Below, in pieces: positions 8,439 to 16,598 of a DNA stretch of 40,857 nt (positions within the stretch are counted from its first letter, which is position 1; the number at the start of each line of letters is the position of its first letter). This DNA is from a virus (Duplodnaviria > Caudoviricetes), in the IMG/VR virus record IMGVR_UViG_3300017780_003951, positions 1 through 40,857 of that record. One strand, written 5' to 3'. The notes beneath the pieces are model-generated. The model did not search any database. It had not been told where the DNA came from and saw only the letters and a program-made list of their open reading frames with translations. The position numbers and the translations under genes were made by a program.

Positions 8439-8795
8439 TTAAAAAGGTAAATCGTCGTGATCTTCTTCTTTAAAATCTGATGGCGGTGTGTTTTCTGCTG
8501 GCACATACGCTGGTTGTTGTGCTTGTTGTTTCTCAATTCGCCAACCTTGAATACTATTAAAGTATTTCGTTTCTCCTTGTGGATTAACCCACTCACGACC
8601 TCGTAAGTTAATGTGTACTTTTACGTCTTGTCCTACTTCATAACTATTTAAATCGTCCACTTTTGCTTGTGTAAATTCAACCATAATATGTTGTGGATAC
8701 TGCTCTTCAGTAGTAACAACTAATTCACGTTTTTTGAATGAAGCACTAACGTCTTGAGTGGCACCAATCATTTTGATTTTTCCGATAACTTCCAT
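8439..8795 (-). CDS. DUF3127-type single-stranded DNA-binding protein
   Basis: MEVIGKI...FKKRELVV...YPQ...INLRGREW...YFNSIQGWRIE; acidic C-terminus DDLPF. Confidence 0.85.
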   Translation of the reverse strand: MEVIGKIKMIGATQDVSASFKKRELVVTTEEQYPQHIMVEFTQAKVDDLNSYEVGQDVKVHINLRGREWVNPQGETKYFNSIQGWRIEKQQAQQPAYVPAENTPPSDFKEEDHDDLPF

Positions 8796-8796
8796 T

Positions 8797-9480
8797 TTAA
8801 TTGTTTTTTAATTGTGTTAATAATTCTTTTTCTATATATTCTCTAACCTGCAAAACTCTTTCTTCTGCTTTTTTAATAAAATCTTCGTCATAATCAAATT
8901 CAAAAACTTTTATTCTTAAATTTTCATCTAAATTGTCGTAACTAAGTTCTTTCTCAGCTTGTTCCCAGTCATCGATGTCTGGTTCGTCTTTTTCTAATTC
9001 TTTTGCAATTTTCCAAGATGCACGCTCTATTTGTTCATCACTTCCATTTTCTAAACAATAACATAAGCTAGCTTTTTTTAAACCTGTTAAGTGCATATAA
9101 ATCTGTAACTGTCCGTAATAGTCTGGATCAATTTTTTCTGCAAAGAAAGGAAACGTAAAAGCATCAAAAGGGACTTTAGTATCAATTACTCTTTCGTTAT
9201 TTTTTGCGTCAAAAGTACCTGTAAAAAAATCATTTTCCAAATTAATATCATTTTTTACAAGTTCGCAATTGTAATACTTAGCAACTCGATTAATTGCGCT
9301 TTCTTCCATTGCATTACCACGTTCAAGATACTTTGATTTAATATCTTTTTCTTTGGCTGTAATTTGAGAGATTAACCATTCTTTAGCATATGTTTTTGCT
9401 GTTTCTCCCATTCCTTTACCACTACGGTCATTGGTAAGTATTTTACCAATTTGAGAAGCTCTACATTTAAACTGTTCCAT
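8797..9480 (-). CDS. YqaJ/lambda-exonuclease-like recombination nuclease
   Basis: FKCRAS, ERGNAMEE, GTFD, IDTK, YYGQLQIYM. Confidence 0.75.
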   Translation of the reverse strand: MEQFKCRASQIGKILTNDRSGKGMGETAKTYAKEWLISQITAKEKDIKSKYLERGNAMEESAINRVAKYYNCELVKNDINLENDFFTGTFDAKNNERVIDTKVPFDAFTFPFFAEKIDPDYYGQLQIYMHLTGLKKASLCYCLENGSDEQIERASWKIAKELEKDEPDIDDWEQAEKELSYDNLDENLRIKVFEFDYDEDFIKKAEERVLQVREYIEKELLTQLKNN

Positions 9481-9985
9481 CTTGCATTTCTTTTAATTGT
9501 TCTATAGTTAAATCGTATTTTTCAATAATAGCTTGTAAAGTAGCTTTTTTATCTTGAATCGCTTTTTTTGCACCTGCTAAATCTTTTAATTCAACTAAAG
9601 GCAATACTTCAATAGTCATTGGTGTACGTTTGTTTTTTGCAGTTGTAACCAATACACGTGTAGCACTTGGAATGTGTGAAGCGTGACTTATTCTTATGCC
9701 ACCTATTTCAACACCCGCCCACTTTACGCTATCATCACGGTAAATAGTTAAACGTCTATTAATGTATTGCAAACCATCAGCACCCCATAGCTGAACTAAT
9801 ATTCTTCGAACTGATTTACAAGGTTTGAAAGGCTTATTATTGTCCCCATAAAAGTAAATGCAAACTGGTTGCGTTTCGTCTGCTCCCGCTTTTATATCAC
9901 GTATTTTAATAATCTTTGCTCCTTCAATTAAATCATCTGCATTTAATTGGTCTGATTTTGGTATTATTGTTTTCGATAAATCCAT
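9467..9985 (-). CDS. Conserved phage protein (PKSDQLNADDL), probable annealing/recombination partner
   Basis: Overlaps exonuclease gene, upstream of SSB; function inferred from position only. Confidence 0.6.
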   Translation of the reverse strand: MDLSKTIIPKSDQLNADDLIEGAKIIKIRDIKAGADETQPVCIYFYGDNNKPFKPCKSVRRILVQLWGADGLQYINRRLTIYRDDSVKWAGVEIGGIRISHASHIPSATRVLVTTAKNKRTPMTIEVLPLVELKDLAGAKKAIQDKKATLQAIIEKYDLTIEQLKEMQDGTV

Positions 9986-10016
9986 AATATATTTATTTAA
10001 ATTGTTGCTTTTTTAA

Positions 10017-10166
10017 TTAGTTAATAATAATTTCGTAAGCGTTACACATTCTTTTGTTACTTCCTCTATACTGATTCTGAATTTTTTCAATCCATTTTTC
10101 AAAATCTAAAACTTTTTCAAAGTCTGTTTTACTTTTCGGTGCTAAATCTGAAATATTATTTTTCAT
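10017..10166 (-). CDS. Hypothetical protein, 49 aa
   Basis: Hand-translated MKNNISDLAPK...EIIIN; A-rich start. Confidence 0.5.
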   Translation of the reverse strand: MKNNISDLAPKSKTDFEKVLDFEKWIEKIQNQYRGSNKRMCNAYEIIIN

Positions 10167-10204
10167 TTTATTTAGTTTTTAAGTTGTTATAAATCTCATT
10201 TGCT

Positions 10205-10465
10205 TTATCTGTTAGTATCATATCTACTTTTATTTGAGTTTTTAACTTTTGCGTGTTCGCATTGTTTCTGTAAGTTTTCCAATGCTGTAAATTCTAGTTT
10301 TAATAATTTCTTTAATTCCGCTTTGTGTAAAGAAATTTCTTCTTGTCTTTTTTCTTCGGTGCTGAATGTTTTATAAAAAGTAGAAACTTTTGTGTATTCA
10401 ATATGTGAATTAATTTCCTTAATTTCACTTCTAATTAGAAGTAATTTTTTAATTGCTTTTTTCAT
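10205..10465 (-). CDS. Hypothetical protein, 86 aa
   Basis: ORF track; start context CTAACCATGAAAA shared with 10802. Confidence 0.7.
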   Translation of the reverse strand: MKKAIKKLLLIRSEIKEINSHIEYTKVSTFYKTFSTEEKRQEEISLHKAELKKLLKLEFTALENLQKQCEHAKVKNSNKSRYDTNR

Positions 10466-10487
10466 GGTTAGTTAGTATTTCAATTGT

Positions 10488-10802
10488 TTAATAAAAATCT
10501 GATTGTTTAGTTCCTGTGCTTTCGTAGTCGTCTGTAAACCCTTTTGCATTTTCATACTTTGCGTTAATTTCGATTTGTTGAAGTTCTATATAAAATAAAT
10601 TAACTATTTGCTCTATTTGTTCTTTTTGTAAATTAATTTCTAAATCTTTATTATAGCATTCTAAAAATATACCTCCAGCATCTTCACAGTAAACGTTTAA
10701 TTCATACGTTTGCCATTTTGCTCTCATTCCTAAACTCAAATCGATATCGCTTGTATCTCGTTTTAAGTTTGCTATTAATTTGTCAAAAGTTTCTGTTTTC
10801 AT
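10488..10802 (-). CDS. Hypothetical protein, 104 aa
   Basis: ORF track; operon packing. Confidence 0.7.
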   Translation of the reverse strand: MKTETFDKLIANLKRDTSDIDLSLGMRAKWQTYELNVYCEDAGGIFLECYNKDLEINLQKEQIEQIVNLFYIELQQIEINAKYENAKGFTDDYESTGTKQSDFY

Positions 10803-10804
10803 GG

Positions 10805-11065
10805 TTAGTTATATTTTAAGTTACAATATATTTTACACTCGTATTCAAATCCATAATCTTCATCTATTTCAGTTTCAAAACCTAAACATTGAATTTTTTG
10901 TATTGTTTTTTTTAATTTAGAAACAGATAATTGAATAGAAAAACTTTCTAATCCATCAATAATAGAAGTTAAATCAGATACTTTTTTTGTAATGATATTT
11001 TTTGTACCATTTTCCGACTGTATAGCAGTTAGCGTTTTTCCGTATTTAATAGAAGTCGTTTTCAT
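10805..11065 (-). CDS. Hypothetical protein (likely start MKTTSIK at 11065)
   Basis: Track start 11092 overlaps the promoter box; internal ATG has typical context. Confidence 0.65.
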   Translation of the reverse strand: MKTTSIKYGKTLTAIQSENGTKNIITKKVSDLTSIIDGLESFSIQLSVSKLKKTIQKIQCLGFETEIDEDYGFEYECKIYCNLKYN

Positions 11066-11089
11066 AATTAGTTCGTTATTATTATGTAG

Positions 11090-11195
11090 CAAAGATACAC
11101 ATTAATTTGAAACAAACAAACTTTTGCGTAAAAAAAACAAAAAATAATCTTTTTTAAACTTTTGTTTGTTTATTAATAAAAAAGCATTACCTTTG
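11090..11195. promoter_or_regulatory. Divergent promoter pair
   Basis: Minus TATCTTTG 11090-11097; plus TACCTTTG 11188-11195; each preceded by TTTGTTTGTTT and ATTAAT; sits at the coding-strand switch. Confidence 0.75.
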
Positions 11196-11221
11196 AAAAA
11201 TAAATTTAAAACTAAATAATT

Positions 11222-11524
11222 ATGAAATTTAAAGGAACAAAAGGGAAATGGTATTTAACAGAAGTAGATTCTGAGATACAAATAAATTGCGACACACCTA
11301 ATTGGAATGTCTGTAATATTACAACAAATTACGAACAAGACAAAGCCAACGCCTTACTAATTTCAAAAGCACCAGAAATTCTTGAAGAGCATATAAAAGA
11401 TTTAGAACTTTTACAAAAAGTGGCCGATCAATTAGATGAATTAGGCGGTTTTTTATGGGATGACGTAATGGAAAAAATAGCGGTGAAAAAACAATTAATA
11501 CAAGAAGCAACTAAAATCAATTAA
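11222..11524 (+). CDS. Hypothetical phage protein (KGTKGKW...ANALLISKAPE type)
   Basis: First gene after the plus-strand promoter. Confidence 0.8.
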   Translation: MKFKGTKGKWYLTEVDSEIQINCDTPNWNVCNITTNYEQDKANALLISKAPEILEEHIKDLELLQKVADQLDELGGFLWDDVMEKIAVKKQLIQEATKIN

Positions 11525-11526
11525 TT

Positions 11527-11706
11527 ATGTGTACATTTTGCGGAAGAAATCACAATCAAAAACCTAAGACAAAAACAATTTATATTTATGATGGTAAAGA
11601 CAATGAGTTAGGTAGTATTGAAGTCAATGTTGATACAAGAGTTAGAGATTATCAAAAAGGATTGTATCTAAAGTATCATAGCTGGCAATACACAAAAGAG
11701 AATTAA
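11527..11706 (+). CDS. Hypothetical protein, 59 aa (MCTFCGRNH...)
   Basis: Hand-translated; fills gap exactly. Confidence 0.6.
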   Translation: MCTFCGRNHNQKPKTKTIYIYDGKDNELGSIEVNVDTRVRDYQKGLYLKYHSWQYTKEN

Positions 11707-11724
11707 CAATTAAACTATAACAAA

Positions 11725-12228
11725 ATGAAAAATTATGAAATTACAGAAGAACAGATTAAACAACTAGCAAAAGGAAACGCAAAAGTAAAAGAATGGTTTC
11801 CAGATGTTTTTGAAACAATAATAAAATCAGGCGAGTTTTGGTTTCATAGTACAGGATGTTTAGTATTGGTGTTTGGAGTAACCAAAGATAATGGAGGTAC
11901 TGTAAAATGCAAACATATTAATAATGAAGAACATTTTGCTTTTCACGGTATTGATTGTATGTATAGAAAAGCCACCGATTCAGAAGTATTAGAAGCTTTG
12001 AAAAATGAAGCTATTAAAAGAGGGTTTAAAGGTGGGGCTTTTTATATACATACTGGAGTAGGTATTATTAGACAAGTGTTCGGAGATAATTTTATTTATA
12101 ATTGTACAAAACAAGAACTAAGTATTAACGGATTTTGTATTTTAGAAAAAGGCAAATGGATTGCTGAAATAATTAAAACCTACACCAAAGAAGAAGCAGA
12201 GAAATTATTAAACGCTAAAATCATATAA
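11725..12228 (+). CDS. Hypothetical protein, 167 aa
   Basis: ORF track; C-terminal TKEEAEKLLNAKII. Confidence 0.8.
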   Translation: MKNYEITEEQIKQLAKGNAKVKEWFPDVFETIIKSGEFWFHSTGCLVLVFGVTKDNGGTVKCKHINNEEHFAFHGIDCMYRKATDSEVLEALKNEAIKRGFKGGAFYIHTGVGIIRQVFGDNFIYNCTKQELSINGFCILEKGKWIAEIIKTYTKEEAEKLLNAKII

Positions 12229-12229
12229 C

Positions 12230-12460
12230 ATGAAAGAATTAAAAGAACTACACGCGCAAATTAAAGACAAAAAAACCTTTAACAAAAACTTATCCGAAAA
12301 ATTATTTTTAAGTGAAGTAACAGTTGAAAACGCTTTTAAAACAAGTGGTAAATTTAAATCCAAACATTTGGAAGTTGTTAATCATTGGTTAAATGTAGAA
12401 CTACGTCTACAACAAAAAGCACTTGAAATGTGGGTAAAAGATTGGGAGATTGTTAATTAA
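12230..12460 (+). CDS. Hypothetical protein, 76 aa (possibly DNA-binding)
   Basis: ORF track; function speculative. Confidence 0.65.
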   Translation: MKELKELHAQIKDKKTFNKNLSEKLFLSEVTVENAFKTSGKFKSKHLEVVNHWLNVELRLQQKALEMWVKDWEIVN

Positions 12461-12475
12461 AACGAAAATGTTATT

Positions 12476-12583
12476 ATGAAAAGATTTTTTAAATGGGAAA
12501 GTAAACCCAACGGGAATTGTCCTGTACAGTCAAATGGGTGTTTTCTGTTTCTTTTGAAACCGAAATCAAAGTATATACGCTAA
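12476..12583 (+). CDS. 35-aa ORF ending at the first array core; possibly a remnant
   Basis: MKRFFKWESKPNGNCPVQ...KYIR; stop TAA lies within CTAAC 12580-12584. Confidence 0.4.
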   Translation: MKRFFKWESKPNGNCPVQSNGCFLFLLKPKSKYIR

Positions 12584-12708
12584 CGGCTCTCGGCTTTGCG
12601 AGGTTGCGTAGAATAAAAAATAACCATTACAAACACACAAATACTTTAAAATTATGAATAAAGTTTTAGAAAATCCCGAAAGCAGCAATGCGATAAAGCC
12701 GATGTTAG
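12580..12708. repeat. attC-like hairpin site 1 (129 bp)
   Basis: CTAAC-GGCTC-TCGGCTTT...TTGC / GCAA...AAAGCCGA-T-GTTAG. Confidence 0.8.
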
Positions 12709-12965
12709 GCGATGTGCCTTTCACTGATGTAGATGGCAAACTAATTTTTATTAATGATATAATTGAACAAACCAATTTCAATGGAGAGCAATATTTAGCA
12801 AGATACCAAGTAGTAGTTGATCCAGCAGATAATGAAGTTTGTCTTTTAATGCTTTATGGAAACGATAAAGCAATGAACCTTTTTAATAGCTATAAATATT
12901 CAGCTTTTGGAACTGTAATAAATGGCAAACTTCGTAAAGGTCGAGTTGTCGGGCATATCGCCTAA
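12654..12965 (+). CDS. Cassette 1 hypothetical protein (YopX-like motif DVDGKLIFINDII)
   Basis: Starts in loop of site 1; stop inside CTAAC of site 2. Confidence 0.75.
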   Translation: MNKVLENPESSNAIKPMLGDVPFTDVDGKLIFINDIIEQTNFNGEQYLARYQVVVDPADNEVCLLMLYGNDKAMNLFNSYKYSAFGTVINGKLRKGRVVGHIA

Positions 12966-13089
12966 CGTCAAAGCGTTGGCGATGTTGGGGATTAGAAAGT
13001 ACAAAAGCTCAAATAAAAACAAATGATAGTAGAAAGCACAAAAGCTCAAATTAAGCACGGAAGCCCCAATATTGCTAATGCATTGTTGG
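12962..13089. repeat. attC-like hairpin site 2 (128 bp)
   Basis: GCGTTGGCGATGTTGGGG 12973-12990 pairs with CCCCAATATTGCTAATGC 13064-13081 (4 G.T); right core GTTGG. Confidence 0.85.
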
Positions 13090-14174
13090 GTGCAGCTCCT
13101 GTCCACAAATTTCCTTATAACTGGAATTTAAAAGATGCAAACTTTACAAAAGATAAAGGCAAAGTATTTAGTTGTTTTGCTTGTGGTGGTGGTTCAACAA
13201 TGGGTTATAAATTGGCTGGATTTGATGTAATAGGACACAGTGATATTGATAAGAAAATGATTGAAGTTTATAAAATAAATCATAATCCTAAATATTCATT
13301 TTTAGAAAGCATTACAACTTTTGCTAAAAGAAAAGATTTGCCAAAAGAACTTTATGAACTTGATATTTTAGATGGTTCGCCACCTTGTAGCAGTTTTTCA
13401 ATGGCTGGAAATAGAGAAAAAGACTGGGGCAAAGAAAAAGTATTTAGAGAAGGTCAAGAATTACAAGTTTTAGACACATTATTCTTTGATTTTATTGATT
13501 TAGCAAAAGAATTACAACCGAAAGTAGTAGTAGCTGAAAACGTAAAAGGATTGCTATTAGGAGAAGCGAAAGAATACGTTATTAAGATTTACAAAGAGTT
13601 TGAAAAAGCTGGTTACTATTGCCAACACTTTTTGCTTGATGCTTCAAAAATGGGTGTGCCACAACGTAGAGAAAGAGTTTTCTTTATTGCATTAAGAAAA
13701 GATATAGCACAACCGTTTTTATATTATGCAGATATGTTTACAGAATTGCCAAAAATTGATATGCAATTTAACGAACCAACAATCACATTAAACGACATTA
13801 AAGACAATAGTGCTAATGATGAAAAATGCGAAATGACTGATGTTAAAAGAAACATCTGGAATAATAGAATTAATGGAGATAGTGATTTTAGCTGCACATT
13901 AGGGCGAATTGAAAACAGACCAAATTCAATGTTTAATAATAATTATTTATATGGTAACAAGCCACTAAATACTATTTCATCAAAAAAGAATGATGTGCTT
14001 TTTGATGAACCAAGACATTGTAATTTTAACGAAAACACATCCGGACAAACATATCCAAAAGATTATAACTTTTTAAATATGCCTTATTTGTATTTAATAG
14101 GAATGAGTGTGCCACCTGTAATGATGGCTCAAATTTCAACTAAAATATACGAACAATGGCTGTCGAAGTTGTAG
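13023..14174 (+). CDS. Cassette 2: DNA (cytosine-5)-methyltransferase
   Basis: FACGGG (I), GSPPC (IV), ENV (VI), QRRERVF (VIII), IGMSVPP (X). Confidence 0.93.
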   Translation: MIVESTKAQIKHGSPNIANALLGAAPVHKFPYNWNLKDANFTKDKGKVFSCFACGGGSTMGYKLAGFDVIGHSDIDKKMIEVYKINHNPKYSFLESITTFAKRKDLPKELYELDILDGSPPCSSFSMAGNREKDWGKEKVFREGQELQVLDTLFFDFIDLAKELQPKVVVAENVKGLLLGEAKEYVIKIYKEFEKAGYYCQHFLLDASKMGVPQRRERVFFIALRKDIAQPFLYYADMFTELPKIDMQFNEPTITLNDIKDNSANDEKCEMTDVKRNIWNNRINGDSDFSCTLGRIENRPNSMFNNNYLYGNKPLNTISSKKNDVLFDEPRHCNFNENTSGQTYPKDYNFLNMPYLYLIGMSVPPVMMAQISTKIYEQWLSKL

Positions 14175-14195
14175 ATGCGTCTTTTGGAATTGCAC

Positions 14196-14326
14196 CTAAC
14201 GTTGTATTATTGTCGTCAGGTGGCGACAAAATAAAAACTAATTTTTAAATTTAAGACAAATTATGAAAGCACAAAACAATATTTCAATTAAAGACCAAAC
14301 CGCCACTTGCGACAATAATGTGTTAG
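14196..14326. repeat. attC-like hairpin site 3 (131 bp)
   Basis: ATTATTGTCG-T-CAGGTGGCG 14206-14225 pairs with CGCCACTTG-CGACAATAAT 14301-14319; single bulged T. Confidence 0.85.
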
Positions 14327-14652
14327 TGGCTGGCATAATTTCATACGAAGGTCGTCAATGGTTAGCGGAAGAATATTCAGAAGAAATTGGAAACGGTGCT
14401 TGGATGGCAAGTCCAATTTATCATACCGATAATGGGCTAGAAGTTCGCCCTGCAGGTGGCAATTGGTGTTTTAAAAGTCGCGGAGCAGTTCCATCTATTT
14501 TAGAACCTAAAAAGCAAAAAGAAGTTTACGAAAGTTGGATTAAACATTTGCAAAAAACAATCAACTTTTTAAGAGGTAAATTTCCAGAAGTTGAATTGGA
14601 TTATAAAAATAAAATTTCGTTTTGGCAAAGTTTGGCAGATGCTTGCCACTAA
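14263..14652 (+). CDS. Cassette 3 hypothetical protein, 129 aa
   Basis: Starts in loop of site 3; stop inside next CTAAC. Confidence 0.75.
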   Translation: MKAQNNISIKDQTATCDNNVLVAGIISYEGRQWLAEEYSEEIGNGAWMASPIYHTDNGLEVRPAGGNWCFKSRGAVPSILEPKKQKEVYESWIKHLQKTINFLRGKFPEVELDYKNKISFWQSLADACH

Positions 14653-14777
14653 CGTTAAAGCATAACAGTAGTTTAGGGAAAGTAAGCCTAATCTATCGGA
14701 GTTAAAACCAAAGATTCCAAGTACAAAAATAATTATAAATCCAGCCTAATGCCTAAATTACTGTTATGCAGTGTTAG
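14649..14777. repeat. attC-like hairpin site 4 (129 bp)
   Basis: GCATAACAGTAGTTTAGG 14660-14677 pairs with CCTAAATTACTGTTATGC 14752-14769. Confidence 0.85.
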
Positions 14778-15114
14778 GGAATCGGTTACATATTTACAAG
14801 CTATGAAAATCACAGAAAAACAATACCAAAAAGCATTGCTTGTAATTAAGCAATACGAAACTCAACAAAAACCTAAAGATATTTTTGAATTATTAAGACA
14901 AGGTTATGATGCGGAAGTGATAAAATACATTATAGAAAAATGCGATTTTGAAATTGACGAAACGTTTTTTCATAGAGATATTGCTTACGGTCTTGAAGTA
15001 GTTATTGAAAGAAAAAAAGCAAACGAACCAATTGCGATTGGAGCTATTGAATTTTTAAAAGCAATAGAAAAACAAGATCGTTTAACTCATCAAGATTATC
15101 TTGATTTTGGCTGA
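14749..15114 (+). CDS. Cassette 4 hypothetical protein (internal MKITEKQY start also plausible)
   Basis: ORF track; start uncertain. Confidence 0.7.
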   Translation: MPKLLLCSVRESVTYLQAMKITEKQYQKALLVIKQYETQQKPKDIFELLRQGYDAEVIKYIIEKCDFEIDETFFHRDIAYGLEVVIERKKANEPIAIGAIEFLKAIEKQDRLTHQDYLDFG

Positions 15115-15131
15115 TTTTCTATAACTGTTCC

Positions 15132-15262
15132 CTAACGCCCCGCAGCTACAAGATGAACTGGATAAAACAAGCCGTGTCACTTCCGAGTTGCACAATCAAT
15201 ACTGAAACAAAACAATTAATAAATTAAAAACTAATACCCGTTTATATTGTAACTGCTGTTAG
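15132..15262. repeat. attC-like hairpin site 5 (131 bp)
   Basis: GCAGCTACAAGATGAACTGG 15142-15161 pairs imperfectly with CCCGTTTATATTGTAACTGC 15237-15256. Confidence 0.8.
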
Positions 15263-15290
15263 CAGACGTTGTGGGTATTTAAAACAAAAC

Positions 15291-15497
15291 GTGATTATGA
15301 AAAATTATTTAGCATTTTATGGAATGGTTTATTACCCATCAGGCGGAATGGATGACTTATTAGGGGATTTTGATACATTAGAGGAAGCTATCGAATCTAT
15401 TACAAAAAAAAATAATGAATCCGATGGAGGTAGCTGGAGTTACTGTTGGGCAAATGTTTATAGTTTACAAGATAGAATTGAAGTTTACACAACTTAA
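15291..15497 (+). CDS. Cassette 5 hypothetical protein (YYPSGGMDD motif)
   Basis: ORF track; entirely within cassette ends. Confidence 0.75.
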   Translation: MIMKNYLAFYGMVYYPSGGMDDLLGDFDTLEEAIESITKKNNESDGGSWSYCWANVYSLQDRIEVYTT

Positions 15498-15529
15498 TTT
15501 CTTCTCAAAACGATTAGTAACAATGTTTG

Positions 15530-15658
15530 CTAACGTTCGACGGCTATACGATGGTTGGGATAAGATAGCCGTAATTTTTCCGATTAACACAAATTATCCC
15601 GACACAAAACAGACTTTAAATTAAACAATTAACCCAACTATTGTATAACCGTTGTTAG
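15530..15658. repeat. attC-like hairpin site 6 (129 bp)
   Basis: ACGGCTATACGATGGTTGGG 15540-15559 pairs with CCCAACTATTGTATAACCGT 15633-15652. Confidence 0.85.
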
Positions 15659-15683
15659 CAGTAGTTATAATACTCAAATTATT

Positions 15684-15944
15684 ATGTACACAAAAGAACA
15701 ATTAAACAAATTAGGTTTTAAAGAAGTAAAAGACCAAGAAACAGGAATTATTGATTTTGTAAATAAAGTTACAAGCAATGTTCATTTAGTTTTAAGCCCA
15801 ATGTTAGAAGAATTATTTATTTGGATTTTAGAAGATGGTGGCGATGAAGATTCAGATGGAACAAAATTAATTATTGATACTTCTGATTTGGAGCAAGCAA
15901 TTGAATTATGTAAGATTATTGTCGGTGTTGACGATGGCTTCTAA
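15684..15944 (+). CDS. Cassette 6 acidic hypothetical protein, 86 aa
   Basis: ORF track; within cassette ends. Confidence 0.75.
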   Translation: MYTKEQLNKLGFKEVKDQETGIIDFVNKVTSNVHLVLSPMLEELFIWILEDGGDEDSDGTKLIIDTSDLEQAIELCKIIVGVDDGF

Positions 15945-15953
15945 TAATTACTG

Positions 15954-16140
15954 CTAACTCATTTATTGACGAATAAAAAGTAATACTTATTATACAAAAC
16001 CACGTACTATTAAATTTTCAGACAATACGCTTAAAAAAGAATATTGTCCGTTTTAGAATTAAATATAACTCAATATAATAAATAGAAATTATGAAAACAG
16101 AAAATACCGAAAACGAGGCATTGAACAAAAACGATGTTAG
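15954..16140. repeat. Atypical junction 7 (CTAACTC half-site; arms do not pair; 187 bp)
   Basis: CTAAC 15954 and GTTAG 16136 present but no matching arms seen. Confidence 0.6.
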
Positions 16141-16300
16141 CGGTTCGTTACTTTCGGATTTAAACTACTGGAAGCAAAGATGTTTATTAGCTGAAAAATG
16201 TTTAGAAGAAAGTCCTAATGACCCAGACATAACAAGTGAGCAAATTAAAGCTCATAATTCTTACCACAAGTTCATTAGTCACTACGGCAATGACCGCTAA
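16091..16300 (+). CDS. Cassette 7 hypothetical protein, 69 aa
   Basis: Reads through GTTAG core (NDVSGS); stop inside CTAAC. Confidence 0.75.
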   Translation: MKTENTENEALNKNDVSGSLLSDLNYWKQRCLLAEKCLEESPNDPDITSEQIKAHNSYHKFISHYGNDR

Positions 16301-16370
16301 CGTTCCCACGATAGGGGCTGTTTGCCTATGCGGTTAGTAGATTACGCCACTAGCTACAAACGTGTGCTAG
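16297..16370. repeat. Short, degenerate hairpin site 8 (74 bp; right core GCTAG)
   Basis: CTAAC-GTTCC-CACG ... CGTG-T-GCTAG; additional GTTAGTAG at 16333. Confidence 0.6.
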
Positions 16371-16418
16371 TAGCTGGACGGATATTAAAGATAAATTAAC
16401 TTATAAAAACTAAATAAA

Positions 16419-16598
16419 ATGGATAAGGAACTAAAAATTACAGATAGACAAATTGCACACCTAAGAGAAGAAATTAGCAGAGTGCAAAGACAAGTACAAT
16501 TAATCAAACAAGGCAAAACTCATTTAGGAGATAAAAATCGAATGGATATTGCTGTTGATTGTTGTAAAGAAATTGACCGTGTATTATGTGAATTGTAG
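16419..16598 (+). CDS. Cassette 8 hypothetical coiled-coil protein, 59 aa (MDKELKITDRQ...VLCEL)
   Basis: Hand-translated; fits between cassette ends 16366 and 16611. Confidence 0.7.
   Translation: MDKELKITDRQIAHLREEISRVQRQVQLIKQGKTHLGDKNRMDIAVDCCKEIDRVLCEL

Noticed and set aside
14190-14215. Resemblance of TTGCACCTAA-CGTTGTA-TTATTG to Xer dif/pdif sites
   Set aside because: Spacer is 7 rather than 6 nt and the XerD-like arm is not conserved in the other sites; Xer involvement is not supported from sequence.
15415-15624. ORF 15415..15624 (+), and minus ORFs 12566..12781 and 12900..13106
   Set aside because: They overlap better-supported cassette genes and run across hairpin sites; likely spurious.
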